50,146 nt of DNA from Rhizobium sp. Q54. Lineage in GTDB: Bacteria > Pseudomonadota > Alphaproteobacteria > CADEGL01. The notes below the pieces were generated by a model. That model saw only the letters and a list, made by a program, of their open reading frames with translations, made no database searches and was not told the origin of the DNA. The stretch covers positions 1 to 50,146 of the forward strand of contig CAMAPP010000004.1 of the NCBI GenBank assembly GCA_945860095.1, in the 5' to 3' direction. Both the position numbers and the translations under genes were made by a program. Positions 28,650 to 38,278 of this stretch are shown one piece after another (position 1 is the first letter of the stretch; the number at the start of each line of letters is the position of its first letter).

Positions 28650-29332
28650 CGTTGCTGCACGTGACGCCGTCCTTCAAACCCATCCTCGCGCGCGCGTGCG
28701 CGCGCCATGGTGGGGCGGCGGCGATCGAGAAATCATTGCCCAAGCCCAAGACCGCGCGCGCCCTCGCCAATCTCGACGAGGACCGCTATCTCTCGCTCAT
28801 GTCGCTGCGCATCTTTCGCGCGGGCCTTAAACATTCCCTCGTCGATGCCAAATGGCCGGAGTTCGAGAAGGTGTTTTTCGGATTCGCGCCGAACCGCGTG
28901 CGCGCCATGCCGGACGAGGCACTCGAGCGCTGCATGAAGAACGAACGGCTCATTCGCCACTGGGCGAAGCTCAAATCCATTCCCGCCAATGCCAAGGCCA
29001 TCGCGGCGATCGCCTCGGAGCATGGTTCGTTCGGTGCCTACCTCGCGTCCTGGCCGGCCGCGGACATCGTCGGACTTTGGGCCGATTTGGCCAAGCGCTG
29101 CCAGCAAATGGGCGGCAATTCCGGGCCGTATTTCCTGCGCATGGCGGGCAAGGATACCTTCATCGTGACCGAGGACGTGGCGGCGGCGCTGATCGCCGCG
29201 CGCATCGTCGAGAAGAAGCCCACGAGCAAGGCCGATCTCCGCCGCGTCCAGGCGGCGTTCAACGATTGGGCGGCGCAAACCGGTCGTCCGCTGTGCCAGA
29301 TTTCGCGCCTGCTGGCGCTGTCGGTCGAATAG
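28646..29332 (+). CDS. DNA-3-methyladenine glycosylase I-like protein
   Basis: DRYLSLMSLRIFRAG...VDAKWPEFEKVF, LIRHWAKLKSIPANA, YFLRMAGKDTF; GTGA overlap with the Rieske-3 stop. Confidence 0.75.
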   Translation: MTLLHVTPSFKPILARACARHGGAAAIEKSLPKPKTARALANLDEDRYLSLMSLRIFRAGLKHSLVDAKWPEFEKVFFGFAPNRVRAMPDEALERCMKNERLIRHWAKLKSIPANAKAIAAIASEHGSFGAYLASWPAADIVGLWADLAKRCQQMGGNSGPYFLRMAGKDTFIVTEDVAAALIAARIVEKKPTSKADLRRVQAAFNDWAAQTGRPLCQISRLLALSVE

Positions 29333-29377
29333 CGGCCGGCCGCAAAATCACACGCCAAGAAACCCAGGGAGGTTCCC

Positions 29378-29839
29378 GTGCCCAAGCCGAGCTATCACAT
29401 GGTCAAGGGGGCCGCGACCGCGGTCGCACCTTATAGCCATTACGTCAATTTCGGCGACCTCGCGTTCATCACCGGCCAGATCGGCATGACGCCGGGCGAC
29501 GATTCCGTTCCCATACCCACGAAGATCGAGGACGAGACGCGCCGAACGATGGAGAATCTTCGCATCATCTTGAAGGCATCCGGTCTTGGTTTCGGCGACG
29601 TGGTGGCAAGCCGCGTCTTCCTCACCCATTTCGAGCGCGATTACGAACGTATGAACAAGGTTTACATGACCTATTTCAAGCCGGGGCATTTCCCGATGCG
29701 CACTTGCATCGGGGTCACGGCCTTGGCGCGGGGCGGCAAGCTCGAAATCGATTTCATCTGCGCCCGGCCAAAAAAGGCGCGCGCGGCAAAAAAGCCGGCG
29801 CGGCGTGCGTCCAAGCGCCCCGCCGCCCGCCGGCGCTAG
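29378..29839 (+). CDS. RidA family protein with Lys/Arg/Ala-rich C-terminal tail
   Basis: VAPYSH, FITGQ, MNKVY, FPMRTCIGVTAL, LEID; RBS GGGAGG. Confidence 0.85.
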   Translation: MPKPSYHMVKGAATAVAPYSHYVNFGDLAFITGQIGMTPGDDSVPIPTKIEDETRRTMENLRIILKASGLGFGDVVASRVFLTHFERDYERMNKVYMTYFKPGHFPMRTCIGVTALARGGKLEIDFICARPKKARAAKKPARRASKRPAARRR

Positions 29840-29859
29840 GCCGCCGTCCGCTCAAAACC

Positions 29860-29891
29860 AAACGCCCGGGACCGCGAGGTCCCGGGCGTTT
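29860..29891. terminator. Bidirectional intrinsic terminator
   Basis: Perfect 14-bp stem AAACGCCCGGGACC-GCGA-GGTCCCGGGCGTTT between convergent genes. Confidence 0.8.
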
Positions 29892-29915
29892 GCGTCTGGG
29901 GCTTGGGTCGCGCGA

Positions 29916-30635
29916 TTAGTCGCGGCGCGCGCCGAAGAGTTGCAGCAACATGACAAACAGATTGATGAAGTCGAGGTACAGCGTGAGCGCGCCGAAGATC
30001 GCCTTCTTCGACATCGTTTCGCTGTCATCGCTTTCGAGATAGGTATTGCGGATCCGCTGGGTGTCGTAGGCCGTCAGGCCGACGAATACCAGCACGCCGA
30101 TGACCGAGATCGCGAATTGCAGCGCCGAGCTCGCGAGGAACAGATTTACGATCGAGGCGATCACGACGCCGATCAGGCCCATGAACAGAAACGATCCGAT
30201 CTTTGTCAGGTCGCGCTTGGTGGTATAGCCGTAGAGGCTCATCGCCGCGAACGTGCCAGCGGTGATGAAGAACACCCGTGCGATGCTCGCCCCGGTATAG
30301 ACCATGAAAATGGTCGATAGCGACAAGCCCATGAGGCCCGCGAACACCCAAAACAGCGTCTGGGCGGTCGAGGCCTTCATACGATGAATCCGCGCGGCGA
30401 ACAGAAAGACAAAACCGATGGGCGCCAGCATGACGACCCATTTTAGCGGCGTGCCGAAGATCGCCTGGAACAATTCCGGCGTACTGGCGGTGAATGCCGC
30501 GACGATGCCCGTCAGCGCCAGGCCCGACGCCATGTAGTTGTACACCCGCAGCATGTAGCTGCGGAGCCCTTGGTCGATCGCGACTTGATCGACCGTGCGG
30601 GTTGCAAAGACCCTGTTTTGTGGACCAATAGCCAT
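29916..30635 (-). CDS. Bax inhibitor-1/YccA family membrane protein
   Basis: DQGLRSYMLRVYNYM, YGYTTKRDL, AYDTQRI, GALTLYLDFINLF. Confidence 0.92.
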   Translation of the reverse strand: MAIGPQNRVFATRTVDQVAIDQGLRSYMLRVYNYMASGLALTGIVAAFTASTPELFQAIFGTPLKWVVMLAPIGFVFLFAARIHRMKASTAQTLFWVFAGLMGLSLSTIFMVYTGASIARVFFITAGTFAAMSLYGYTTKRDLTKIGSFLFMGLIGVVIASIVNLFLASSALQFAISVIGVLVFVGLTAYDTQRIRNTYLESDDSETMSKKAIFGALTLYLDFINLFVMLLQLFGARRD

Positions 30636-30765
30636 GAAACTCCTCCCGTCGGGAATGCGATATCCGATTTGTGTGCTCTAATATTGCTCGATTCGGCCGC
30701 AAATCAATAGCCGGTATTGGCACCGTCTTGGGTAAACTTTGGCCGGTTAGCAAATGGCACGGCCC

Positions 30766-33342
30766 TTATTCGTTGCGCAACAATCCGCTTCCCGAGCGGC
30801 CGAGCGCGCGCCAACTGCCGAGAAAGCCGAAAGCCAGGATGGCGAGCGAGGCCAATCCCACCGTCGCGGCCACGAGGCCAGGCATGAAGGCCCAGCCCGT
30901 GCGCACGATTTGGGTCACCAAGACCCAGCCGGCAAGGGTGCCGAACGCCGCCGCCAGCGCCGAGGTCGCGACACCCAGCAGGCCGTATTCGATGGCATAG
31001 GCGCGTAGCAAATCCGTGCGCGCGGCGCCGAGCACCTTGAGGATGACGGCATCGTAAAGCCGGCCCTTTCGCCCGGCGGCGACCGCGCCCGCGAGCACGA
31101 GAACGCCGACCAGCAAGGTCACGGCCGCGGCCATGCGCACGGCATTGCCCATCTGACCGATGGTTTGATTGACCGTCTCGAGCGCGGCCTTGACCCGAAT
31201 CGCCGAGACATTGGGAAAACGCTCCGCCGCGCTTTTCTCGAGACCGTCGAGCGCGCCGTCCTCGGCGCTCACGGTGGCGATGTGGGTTTGCGGCGCGCTC
31301 TCGAACACGCCGGGCGACACGATCAAGGTGAAATTGATGCCGAGAGTCTGCCAGGCGATGCGGCGCAGATTGGCGATGCGCAATTCGACCTCGCGGCCCA
31401 GCACGTTGACGGTCAAGCTGTCGCCGAGCTTGAGTCCCAGGCCGTCGGCCGCGGCCTCGTCGAAGGACACGAGCGCGCTCTTGCTTGCGCCCGTTGCGCC
31501 ATCGGCGCGGTAATCCCTGGCCCACCATTCGCCCGCTACGATCTCCGCCCCCCTTGGCGGCGTGGCGGCATAGGTAATGCCGCGATCGCCGCGCAGAATC
31601 CACGCCACCTCCGGCTTCACCTTCGCCTCGTCCGCCGGCACGCCCTTGATGCGTGTAATGCGCCCGCGCAGATGAGGCACGGAATCGATGGCGCCGACCC
31701 CGGGCATGGCGGCGGCCAGGGCTGCGAAATCCGCGACTTGATGGGGTTGGATGTCGATGAAGAAAAATGCCGGGGCGTGCGCGGGCATGTCTTGCCCGAT
31801 CTGGCGCGCGAGATTGCCTTGCAGCAAAACGACCGCGACCAGGACCGTAAGGCCGATGCCGAGCGAGAGCACCACGCTCGGCGTCGCGGCGCCGGGCCGG
31901 TGCAGATTGGCGAGCGCCAGGCGCAAGGTCGGCCGTCCAGCGACGAGTGCCGGCATCTGGCCCGCCCGCGCGGCCAGGCGCGCGATGGCCCAAGCGGCGG
32001 CGCGGAACGCGGCGAAGGCGCAAGCCGCGCCGAACGCGAACCACAGCGCAAGCTCGCGCTGGCCGACGAAGGTAATGGCGAAGGCGATGAGCGCGGCCGA
32101 GGCTGCGGCCACGGCGATCATGCCGCGCGCGCCGATGGTGCCGGAAATCCGTCCGATGGCCGCGCGAAACAAGGCGGCGGGGGACACGGCGCGGGTTTGC
32201 AGCAAGGGCCAGAGCGCGAAGACGAGAGCGGTCAGCGCGCCGTACGAAGCCGCCAGGACGAGAACGTCGGGGTAAATGCTCCAGATCGGGCGCACCGGCA
32301 GAAACTCGGCGATCAGGGAGCCGAAGGCCGCGGGTGTCGCCGCGCCGAGCACGAGTCCGCCCGCGATGCCCGCGACGGCCAGGGCAGCCACCTGGACGAG
32401 GTACACGCGGAACACGAGGCCGTTCGTGGCGCCTAGGCATTTCAACGTGGCGATGGTCGCGATCCGGCGGTCGAGATAGGCGCGCACCGCATTGGCAATC
32501 CCGACCCCGCCGATCAGCAGGGCCGCGAGACCCACGAGCGTCAAATAGACCCGGAGACGCTCGACCATCTCCTTGATTCGGGGTGCTGCCGCATCGCTGT
32601 CGCGCGCCCGCCAACCCGCATCGGGAAAGTCGCGCTTCAGCGCCGCGAGCCAGGATTTGGCCTCGGCTTCGGGGCCAAGCAATATTCGAGTCCTATACTC
32701 GGCGATCGAGCCAGGCTGGACCAATTCGGTTGCCGCGAGCGCGTCCAGTCCGATCATCAGGCGCGGGCCGAGGGTAAAGCCGGCGGTGACGCGGTCGGGT
32801 TCGCGCACGATCTCGGCCATCAGCACGAATTGCGCCTCGCCCACGCGCACAATTTGGCCGAGGCGCGCGCCGAGGCGGGCGAGTGCGCCCGGCTCGGCGA
32901 CGGCACCGGGAACGCCATTGGTTCCGGCGAGCGCTTCGCCAAGGGCCAAAGCGGGCGACAGCGTCACCCGGCCGATCAAGGGATAGGCGGCATCGACGGC
33001 TTTCAATTCGACCAAGGCCTGCGCGCCCTCGGCGCGCGCCATCGCGCGCATCTCGACCGCTTCCGAAACGCGCCCCGAAGCGGAAAAGCGCATCCGCGCC
33101 GCACCTTGGGGTGCGTCGTAGCGTTGCGCGATCTCCACGTCGCCGCCCAGAATCGCGCGCGAATCCGCCTTGATGCCATCGTCGATCGCGCGGGCGAGCG
33201 AACCGACGGCCGCGATCGCGGCAACGCCTATGGCGAGACCGAGCAAAGCGGTCCCAGCGCCCTTGATGCCGCCGCGCAGCTCACGCCTGGCCAGACGCGC
33301 GGCCAGGCGCCATTCGTCCCAGACGGCGCCGAACGCGTTCAT
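30766..33342 (-). CDS. ABC transporter permease, FtsX-like (YbbP family)
   Basis: ARRELRGG, ILGGD, IATLKCLGA, APAFFFIDIQ, ILKVLGA; ATGA overlap with the ATPase. Confidence 0.88.
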   Translation of the reverse strand: MNAFGAVWDEWRLAARLARRELRGGIKGAGTALLGLAIGVAAIAAVGSLARAIDDGIKADSRAILGGDVEIAQRYDAPQGAARMRFSASGRVSEAVEMRAMARAEGAQALVELKAVDAAYPLIGRVTLSPALALGEALAGTNGVPGAVAEPGALARLGARLGQIVRVGEAQFVLMAEIVREPDRVTAGFTLGPRLMIGLDALAATELVQPGSIAEYRTRILLGPEAEAKSWLAALKRDFPDAGWRARDSDAAAPRIKEMVERLRVYLTLVGLAALLIGGVGIANAVRAYLDRRIATIATLKCLGATNGLVFRVYLVQVAALAVAGIAGGLVLGAATPAAFGSLIAEFLPVRPIWSIYPDVLVLAASYGALTALVFALWPLLQTRAVSPAALFRAAIGRISGTIGARGMIAVAAASAALIAFAITFVGQRELALWFAFGAACAFAAFRAAAWAIARLAARAGQMPALVAGRPTLRLALANLHRPGAATPSVVLSLGIGLTVLVAVVLLQGNLARQIGQDMPAHAPAFFFIDIQPHQVADFAALAAAMPGVGAIDSVPHLRGRITRIKGVPADEAKVKPEVAWILRGDRGITYAATPPRGAEIVAGEWWARDYRADGATGASKSALVSFDEAAADGLGLKLGDSLTVNVLGREVELRIANLRRIAWQTLGINFTLIVSPGVFESAPQTHIATVSAEDGALDGLEKSAAERFPNVSAIRVKAALETVNQTIGQMGNAVRMAAAVTLLVGVLVLAGAVAAGRKGRLYDAVILKVLGAARTDLLRAYAIEYGLLGVATSALAAAFGTLAGWVLVTQIVRTGWAFMPGLVAATVGLASLAILAFGFLGSWRALGRSGSGLLRNE

Positions 33343-33998
33343 GGCACGATGCGGCCATCGGCCATGCGCACCACCCGGCCGCAGCGCCGTGCAAGCTCGC
33401 CGTCATGGGTGATCAACATGAGCGTGATGCCGTGCCTGGCGGCGCGTTCGAACAGCAACTCCATGACCGCCATGCCGGTTTCGCGGTCGAGATTGCCGGT
33501 CGGCTCGTCGGCGAGGATGAGGCGCGGGCCGTGGGCGAAGGCGCGGGCGAGCGCCACGCGCTGTTGCTCGCCGCCCGAGAGCTGGGCGGGGTAATGGCGC
33601 GCGCGGGCCTTGAGGCCGACCGCCTCCAAGGCTTCCTCCGCGCGCGCGAAGGCATCGGTGCGGCGCGCGAGTTCGAGCGGGATGGCGACGTTCTCGAGCG
33701 CGCTCATGGTCGGCACCAGATGGAAAGACTGAAAAACGATGCCGATGGTGTCGCGGCGAAAGCGCGCGAGGCCGTCTTCGTCGAGTGCGGCGAGATCGCA
33801 TCCGGCGACGCGCACGATTCCACCGCTCGGTCGTTCGAGCCCGGCAATGGCCATCAGCAACGTGGTCTTGCCCGAACCCGACGGTCCGACCACGCCCAGC
33901 GTTTCGCCCTGTGCCACTTCGAGATCGACGCCGCGCAGGATATTGACCGGCCCCGCCGCGCTCGACAGGGTGAGCGCAAGCCGCGACAACGCAATCAT
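33339..33998 (-). CDS. ABC transporter ATP-binding protein (YbbA/LolD-like)
   Basis: GPSGSGKT, VFQSF, LSGGEQQR, ILADEPTG, ITH; start ambiguous (33998, 34013 or 34028) because of the repeat. Confidence 0.92.
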   Translation of the reverse strand: MIALSRLALTLSSAAGPVNILRGVDLEVAQGETLGVVGPSGSGKTTLLMAIAGLERPSGGIVRVAGCDLAALDEDGLARFRRDTIGIVFQSFHLVPTMSALENVAIPLELARRTDAFARAEEALEAVGLKARARHYPAQLSGGEQQRVALARAFAHGPRLILADEPTGNLDRETGMAVMELLFERAARHGITLMLITHDGELARRCGRVVRMADGRIVP

Positions 33999-34101
33999 GG
34001 GCCCGGCGGTCATGGGCTTGGCGGTCATGGGCGCCCGGCGGTCATGGGCCCGTCGGCCATCGGATTTGCGGCCATGGGCTTTGCGGTCATTGGATTTGCG
34101 G
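33995..34101. repeat. Seven ~15-bp tandem units (YCATGGGC...GCGG) over the ABC ATPase start
   Basis: Units begin at 33995, 34010, 34025 (17 bp), 34042, 34057, 34072 and 34087. Confidence 0.85.
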
Positions 34102-34124
34102 CCGACCGGAAGATGGATTGGGAC

Positions 34125-34814
34125 ATGGGGATTGGCATCCGGATCTTGGGGCGCGGCGTGCGCGGCCGATCCAGCCCATATGGTTTGGCGGTCCTGCCGA
34201 TCCAAGTCCTCGCTTTCTTCGCGTTGCTGTCATGGGCGCTGCCCGCGCGGGCGGCGGATATGCCGCCCCGGCTTTTGGTGCTCGGCGACAGCCTCACGTC
34301 CGGTTACGGCCTCGCCGCCCAGGACGCCTTCCCCGCGAAACTCGAGGCGGCCTTGCGCGCGCGCGGCCACGACATCGATGTCGTCGATTCGGGTGTGTCG
34401 GGCGATACGACGGCGGGCGGGCGGGCACGCCTGTCCTGGGCGATGGCCGAGCCGCCGCGCTGGGTCATTCTCGAGCTCGGCGCCAATGACGGATTGCGCG
34501 GTCTGCCGCCCAAGGACACCGAAATCAATCTCGACGCCATCATCATCGAATTGAAACGCCGGCGAATCGCCGTGCTTCTGGCCGGCATGCGTGCCCCGCC
34601 CAATCTTGGGCGTGAATACGGCCAAGCCTTCGACGCGCTCTATCCGCGCCTCGCCAAGGTCCACAATATTTCCCTTTACCCCTTTTTTCTCGACGGTGTC
34701 GCGGGCGAGCGCGTGCTCAATCAGAACGACGGCCTCCATCCAAATGCCAAGGGGGTCGAGGCCATCGTCGAACGCATTCTGCCGCACGTGCTGAAATTGA
34801 TCGGCCGGTCCTAG
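34125..34814 (+). CDS. tesA: Arylesterase / acyl-CoA thioesterase I (GDSL/SGNH)
   Basis: GDSLTSG, GVSGDTT, ELGANDGLRG, DGLHPN; signal-peptide-like ARA-A; divergent from ybbA/ybbP-like genes; start uncertain. Confidence 0.88.
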   Translation: MGIGIRILGRGVRGRSSPYGLAVLPIQVLAFFALLSWALPARAADMPPRLLVLGDSLTSGYGLAAQDAFPAKLEAALRARGHDIDVVDSGVSGDTTAGGRARLSWAMAEPPRWVILELGANDGLRGLPPKDTEINLDAIIIELKRRRIAVLLAGMRAPPNLGREYGQAFDALYPRLAKVHNISLYPFFLDGVAGERVLNQNDGLHPNAKGVEAIVERILPHVLKLIGRS

Positions 34815-34933
34815 CGGTCCAACACTGGCAGACCGCACCCGGTCCGTCGGCCCGGACCGCTAGCTGACCCGTTGAAATGCGGTACGGATCAAACACGATG
34901 AGAGGGAATCAAGCGTTTGATCCGCACCGCTAG
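34811..34933. repeat. 123-bp palindromic (REP/MITE-like) element bounded by CTAG
   Basis: Ends CTAGCGGT...ACCGCTAG; internal inverted repeats 34811-34820/34854-34863 (10 bp perfect) and 34879-34894/34915-34930 (16 bp, 1 mismatch). Confidence 0.65.
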
Positions 34934-36990
34934 CGCGCGGCGTTTTCGCCGGCGCACCAGTTCCGCCACATCTCGCGATAGGCGGCTTCGAGCGCGCGCA
35001 CGAAATTCGGCGCGTCCATGAGCGGCGAGGTTGCCATGCGGCGGCGCAGGCCCGCCCGGAGCGCGGCCAGGCGCGTCTCGTCCTTCGCCAGATCGACGGC
35101 GATTCGCTCGTATTCCTCGGGGGTGCGCGCGATCGTCTCGTCGAGGCCGACCGCGCTCAGCAAGGTCGTTGCCATGCGCGAGACGTGCGTCTCACCGGCG
35201 CGCGTCACCACCGGCACGCCCATCCACAGCGCGTCGCACGTCGTCGTCGCGCCGTTATAGGGATCGGTGTCGAGCGCGATATCGACCTGGTTGTACAGCG
35301 CAAAATGCGCGCCCGAGTCGGTTATGTGATCGTGCAGGTCGAGGCGATCGGCCGCGATGCCAAAGCGCGCGAACAGCCCGCGGAAATAGTCCCGCACGCC
35401 GGAATCGCGGAAGGGCTGGGCCTTCAGGCGCAGATGCGAGCCGGGCACGGCATCGAGGATGCGCGCCCAGCGCTCGACCAGCGCCGGGTGGACCTTGGCG
35501 AGCACGTTGAAGCTGCCGAAGGTGACATGGCCCGAGGCGCGCGCGGGCAGGGGGCCGACTTCCGGCGCCTCGGCGGGCGGCCGATAGCAGAGATAGCAAT
35601 GGGGCAGGCGCACCAGGGTCTCGGCGTGAAAGCGTTCGGTTCGGCCCGGCGGATCGGCGACCGCGTCGGTGAGGCGATAGTCGATCGCCGCAAGCCCGAT
35701 GGTGTCGGGATAGCCGAGATAGTTCACCTGAACCGGGGTCGGTTTCAGCGCGCACACGCCCAAGCGGTGATTGGCGGTGTGTCCCGCCAGCTCGACAAGG
35801 ATGTCGATTTTATCGTCGCGGATGCGCGTGGCCAGGGTCTTGTCGTCGATGCCCACGACATCGCGCCAGCCATGGGCGAGCGATTTGAGCCGCGCAGTCG
35901 TCTTATCGGCTCGCATATGGGTGGCGTAGCAGATCGCCTCGATGCGCGTTCGGTCGTGGTGTTCGAGTATGGGCTCGATGAACGAGGCAACGGGATGGCG
36001 CCGCAGATCGGGCGAAACATAGGCGACGCGGAGGGCGCGCTCGGGATCGCGGTCGTTGGCGTGCGTTCGGACGGGCGCGGGCCGGCGCTGGCCCCATTCG
36101 AAATGGGCGCGCGCGATCTCCTCGGGCGTGGACCCTGGAACATAGTGCATGGTCAAAAGGATATTCGTGTGCGCCGCCTCGAAACCGGCCTCGAGCGAGA
36201 GCGCGTGGCGGAAATGGGCGAGCGCCTGCTCGGCCCTGCCGGAATCCTTGTAAAGATTGGCGAGATTGTTGTGCGCAGCGGCGAGCCCGGGGTTGAGCGC
36301 GATGGCTTGGGTGTAAAGCCGCGCGGCCTCGGTCGTGCGCCCGGTCTCCTTGAGCAGATTGCCGAGATTGACGAGTGCGGCGAGCGATTTCGGATCGAGC
36401 GCGAGCGCGCGGCGGAATTCGTTCTCGGCCTCCTGCCGGCGGCCTTGCAGTTCGAGCACATGCGCGAGATTGGTCATCGACTGCGCGAACTTGGGATCCT
36501 GCGTCAACGCCGTGCGGTACTGCGCCTCGGCCTCGGCGAGCTTGGCCTGCGCCGCCAGCGCCAAGCCAAGGCCGTTATGGGCGAACACGAAGTTCGGCTT
36601 CAGGCGGATGGCCGCGCGGTAGTGCGTCTCGGCCTCGGGATGGCGGCCCAGGGTGCGCAGGGCCTCGGCCAGGCTGTGATGGGCCTCGGGAAAATCGGGA
36701 TTCAGGGCCAAGGCCGCGCGGTGACAGGCCTCGGCGCCAGGCGAATCGCCTTGGGCCTGAAGGGCCGTACCCAGATTGCGGTGATAGGTGGGCACCTTGG
36801 GCCGCAGCGCGATCGCGCGGCGCATCAACTCGACCGCGGGTTTGAGATGGCCGCGCTGCTGTTCGAGCACGCCTAGGAGGTGCAAGGCCTCGGGGTTTTC
36901 GGGCTCGGCCGCCAGGATGGCGCGGTAGGCCGCCTCCGCCTCCCGGGAGCGTCCGGCCCGATGATGGGCGAGGCCGTCCTTGATCGTCAT
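34930..36990 (-). CDS. TPR-containing O-linked glycosyltransferase, SPINDLY/OGT (GT41) family
   Basis: About 8 TPRs, then YVSPDLRRHPV, IDILVELAGHT, YLGYPDT, FGSFN..K, LDTDPYNGATTTCDALWMGVPVV. Confidence 0.92.
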   Translation of the reverse strand: MTIKDGLAHHRAGRSREAEAAYRAILAAEPENPEALHLLGVLEQQRGHLKPAVELMRRAIALRPKVPTYHRNLGTALQAQGDSPGAEACHRAALALNPDFPEAHHSLAEALRTLGRHPEAETHYRAAIRLKPNFVFAHNGLGLALAAQAKLAEAEAQYRTALTQDPKFAQSMTNLAHVLELQGRRQEAENEFRRALALDPKSLAALVNLGNLLKETGRTTEAARLYTQAIALNPGLAAAHNNLANLYKDSGRAEQALAHFRHALSLEAGFEAAHTNILLTMHYVPGSTPEEIARAHFEWGQRRPAPVRTHANDRDPERALRVAYVSPDLRRHPVASFIEPILEHHDRTRIEAICYATHMRADKTTARLKSLAHGWRDVVGIDDKTLATRIRDDKIDILVELAGHTANHRLGVCALKPTPVQVNYLGYPDTIGLAAIDYRLTDAVADPPGRTERFHAETLVRLPHCYLCYRPPAEAPEVGPLPARASGHVTFGSFNVLAKVHPALVERWARILDAVPGSHLRLKAQPFRDSGVRDYFRGLFARFGIAADRLDLHDHITDSGAHFALYNQVDIALDTDPYNGATTTCDALWMGVPVVTRAGETHVSRMATTLLSAVGLDETIARTPEEYERIAVDLAKDETRLAALRAGLRRRMATSPLMDAPNFVRALEAAYREMWRNWCAGENAAR

Positions 36991-37142
36991 GTTAGCTCGG
37001 CCGTCATGGAAAATTCTTAACCGCTCGCCACGGTTCTGTCACATGCGCCAACGCATGACATCGCGCGCAGGCGGTGCGAGGGCACAAAATCGTGTATCAT
37101 GCACGGCATTCGGGTTCGTATTCCCGCGTACCGGAGAGGCCG

Positions 37143-38252
37143 ATGAGCGGATTTCGCCTCGCCCACGCCGCCGCCCCGGACTGGACGCGCGCCGCCAAGG
37201 CCTGCGTGGCCCAGTTGGGTTCCGCCGAGGCTTCGCTCGGCTTCGTCTATGTCTCGGATCATCTGGCCGGCGATCTGGGGCCGCTCCTGGCATCTCTCAA
37301 GGAATCGACGGGCGTCGCCCATTGGGTGGGCACGGTCGGCATGGGTGTCGTCGCCACGGGCCGCGAATATTTCGACGAACCCGCCATCGCCGTCATGCTC
37401 GCCGATCTGCCCGAACGCACCTTCCGCATCGTGCCGACGATCGACGGCGACCTCGCGCCGTTCCGCGCGTCGGCGCGCGATTGGCTCGATATCGCCCAGC
37501 CGGCCTTCGGCATCGTTCATGGCGATCCGCGCAACCCCGCCACGCCCGAACTGGTCGCGGGCCTGGCGGAGACGACGGCAAGCTATCTCGTCGGGGGCCT
37601 CACGTCCTCGCGCACGGGCCACGGCCAGGTGGCCGACGGGGTTACCGAGGGCGGGATATCGGGTGTGCTGTTCTCGGCCGAAGTGGCGGTCGCGACCGCG
37701 CTCACCCAAGGCTGCTCGCCCATCGGCAAGGCGCACGTGGTGACGGCCGGCGAGAAGAACGTGATCTTCGAACTCGACGGCGAATCGGCGCTCGACACCT
37801 TGATGTCCGAGGCCGGCGTGGACAGTTTCGAAAACCTGGCGCGGGAGGTGCGCGGGTTGCACGCGGCGCTGCCGATCGCCGGTTCCGACACCGGCGATTA
37901 TCTCGTGCGCAATCTGGTCGGCATCGACCCGCAGCGCGGCTGGGTGGCGATCGGCGACCGGATCGCGCCCGGCGACCGGGTGATGTTCTGCCGGCGCGAC
38001 CGGGATTCGGCGCGCCGCGACATGGCGCGCATGCTCGATGGGCTGAAGCGGCGCACCAAGGGTCCGCCGCGCGCGGGGGTTTATTACACCTGCGTGGCGC
38101 GCGGCCCCAATCTGTTCGGCGAAGGCTCGGCCGAACTGCGCGCGATTCGCGCCGAGCTCGGAGACTTCCCCCTCGTCGGTTTTTTCTGCAACGGAGAAAT
38201 CTCGCACGACCGGCTATACGGCTATACGGGCGTGCTGTCGCTCTTTCTGTAA
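37143..38252 (+). CDS. FIST domain signal transduction protein
   Basis: LGFVYVSD, YLVGGL, TQGCSPIG, YLVRNLVGIDP, CVARG, GFFCNGEI...YGYTGV; RBS GGAGAGG. Confidence 0.85.
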   Translation: MSGFRLAHAAAPDWTRAAKACVAQLGSAEASLGFVYVSDHLAGDLGPLLASLKESTGVAHWVGTVGMGVVATGREYFDEPAIAVMLADLPERTFRIVPTIDGDLAPFRASARDWLDIAQPAFGIVHGDPRNPATPELVAGLAETTASYLVGGLTSSRTGHGQVADGVTEGGISGVLFSAEVAVATALTQGCSPIGKAHVVTAGEKNVIFELDGESALDTLMSEAGVDSFENLAREVRGLHAALPIAGSDTGDYLVRNLVGIDPQRGWVAIGDRIAPGDRVMFCRRDRDSARRDMARMLDGLKRRTKGPPRAGVYYTCVARGPNLFGEGSAELRAIRAELGDFPLVGFFCNGEISHDRLYGYTGVLSLFL

Positions 38253-38278
38253 CTCGAACCGAATCTGGGGAGGCGCCC

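Noticed and set aside
30718-30775. TGGCAC motifs as sigma54 promoters
   Set aside because: No correctly spaced TTGC -12 element.
33405-34814. 469-aa ORF as an extended esterase
   Set aside because: The N-terminal half is antisense to the ABC ATPase; tesA starts near 34113-34125 or later.
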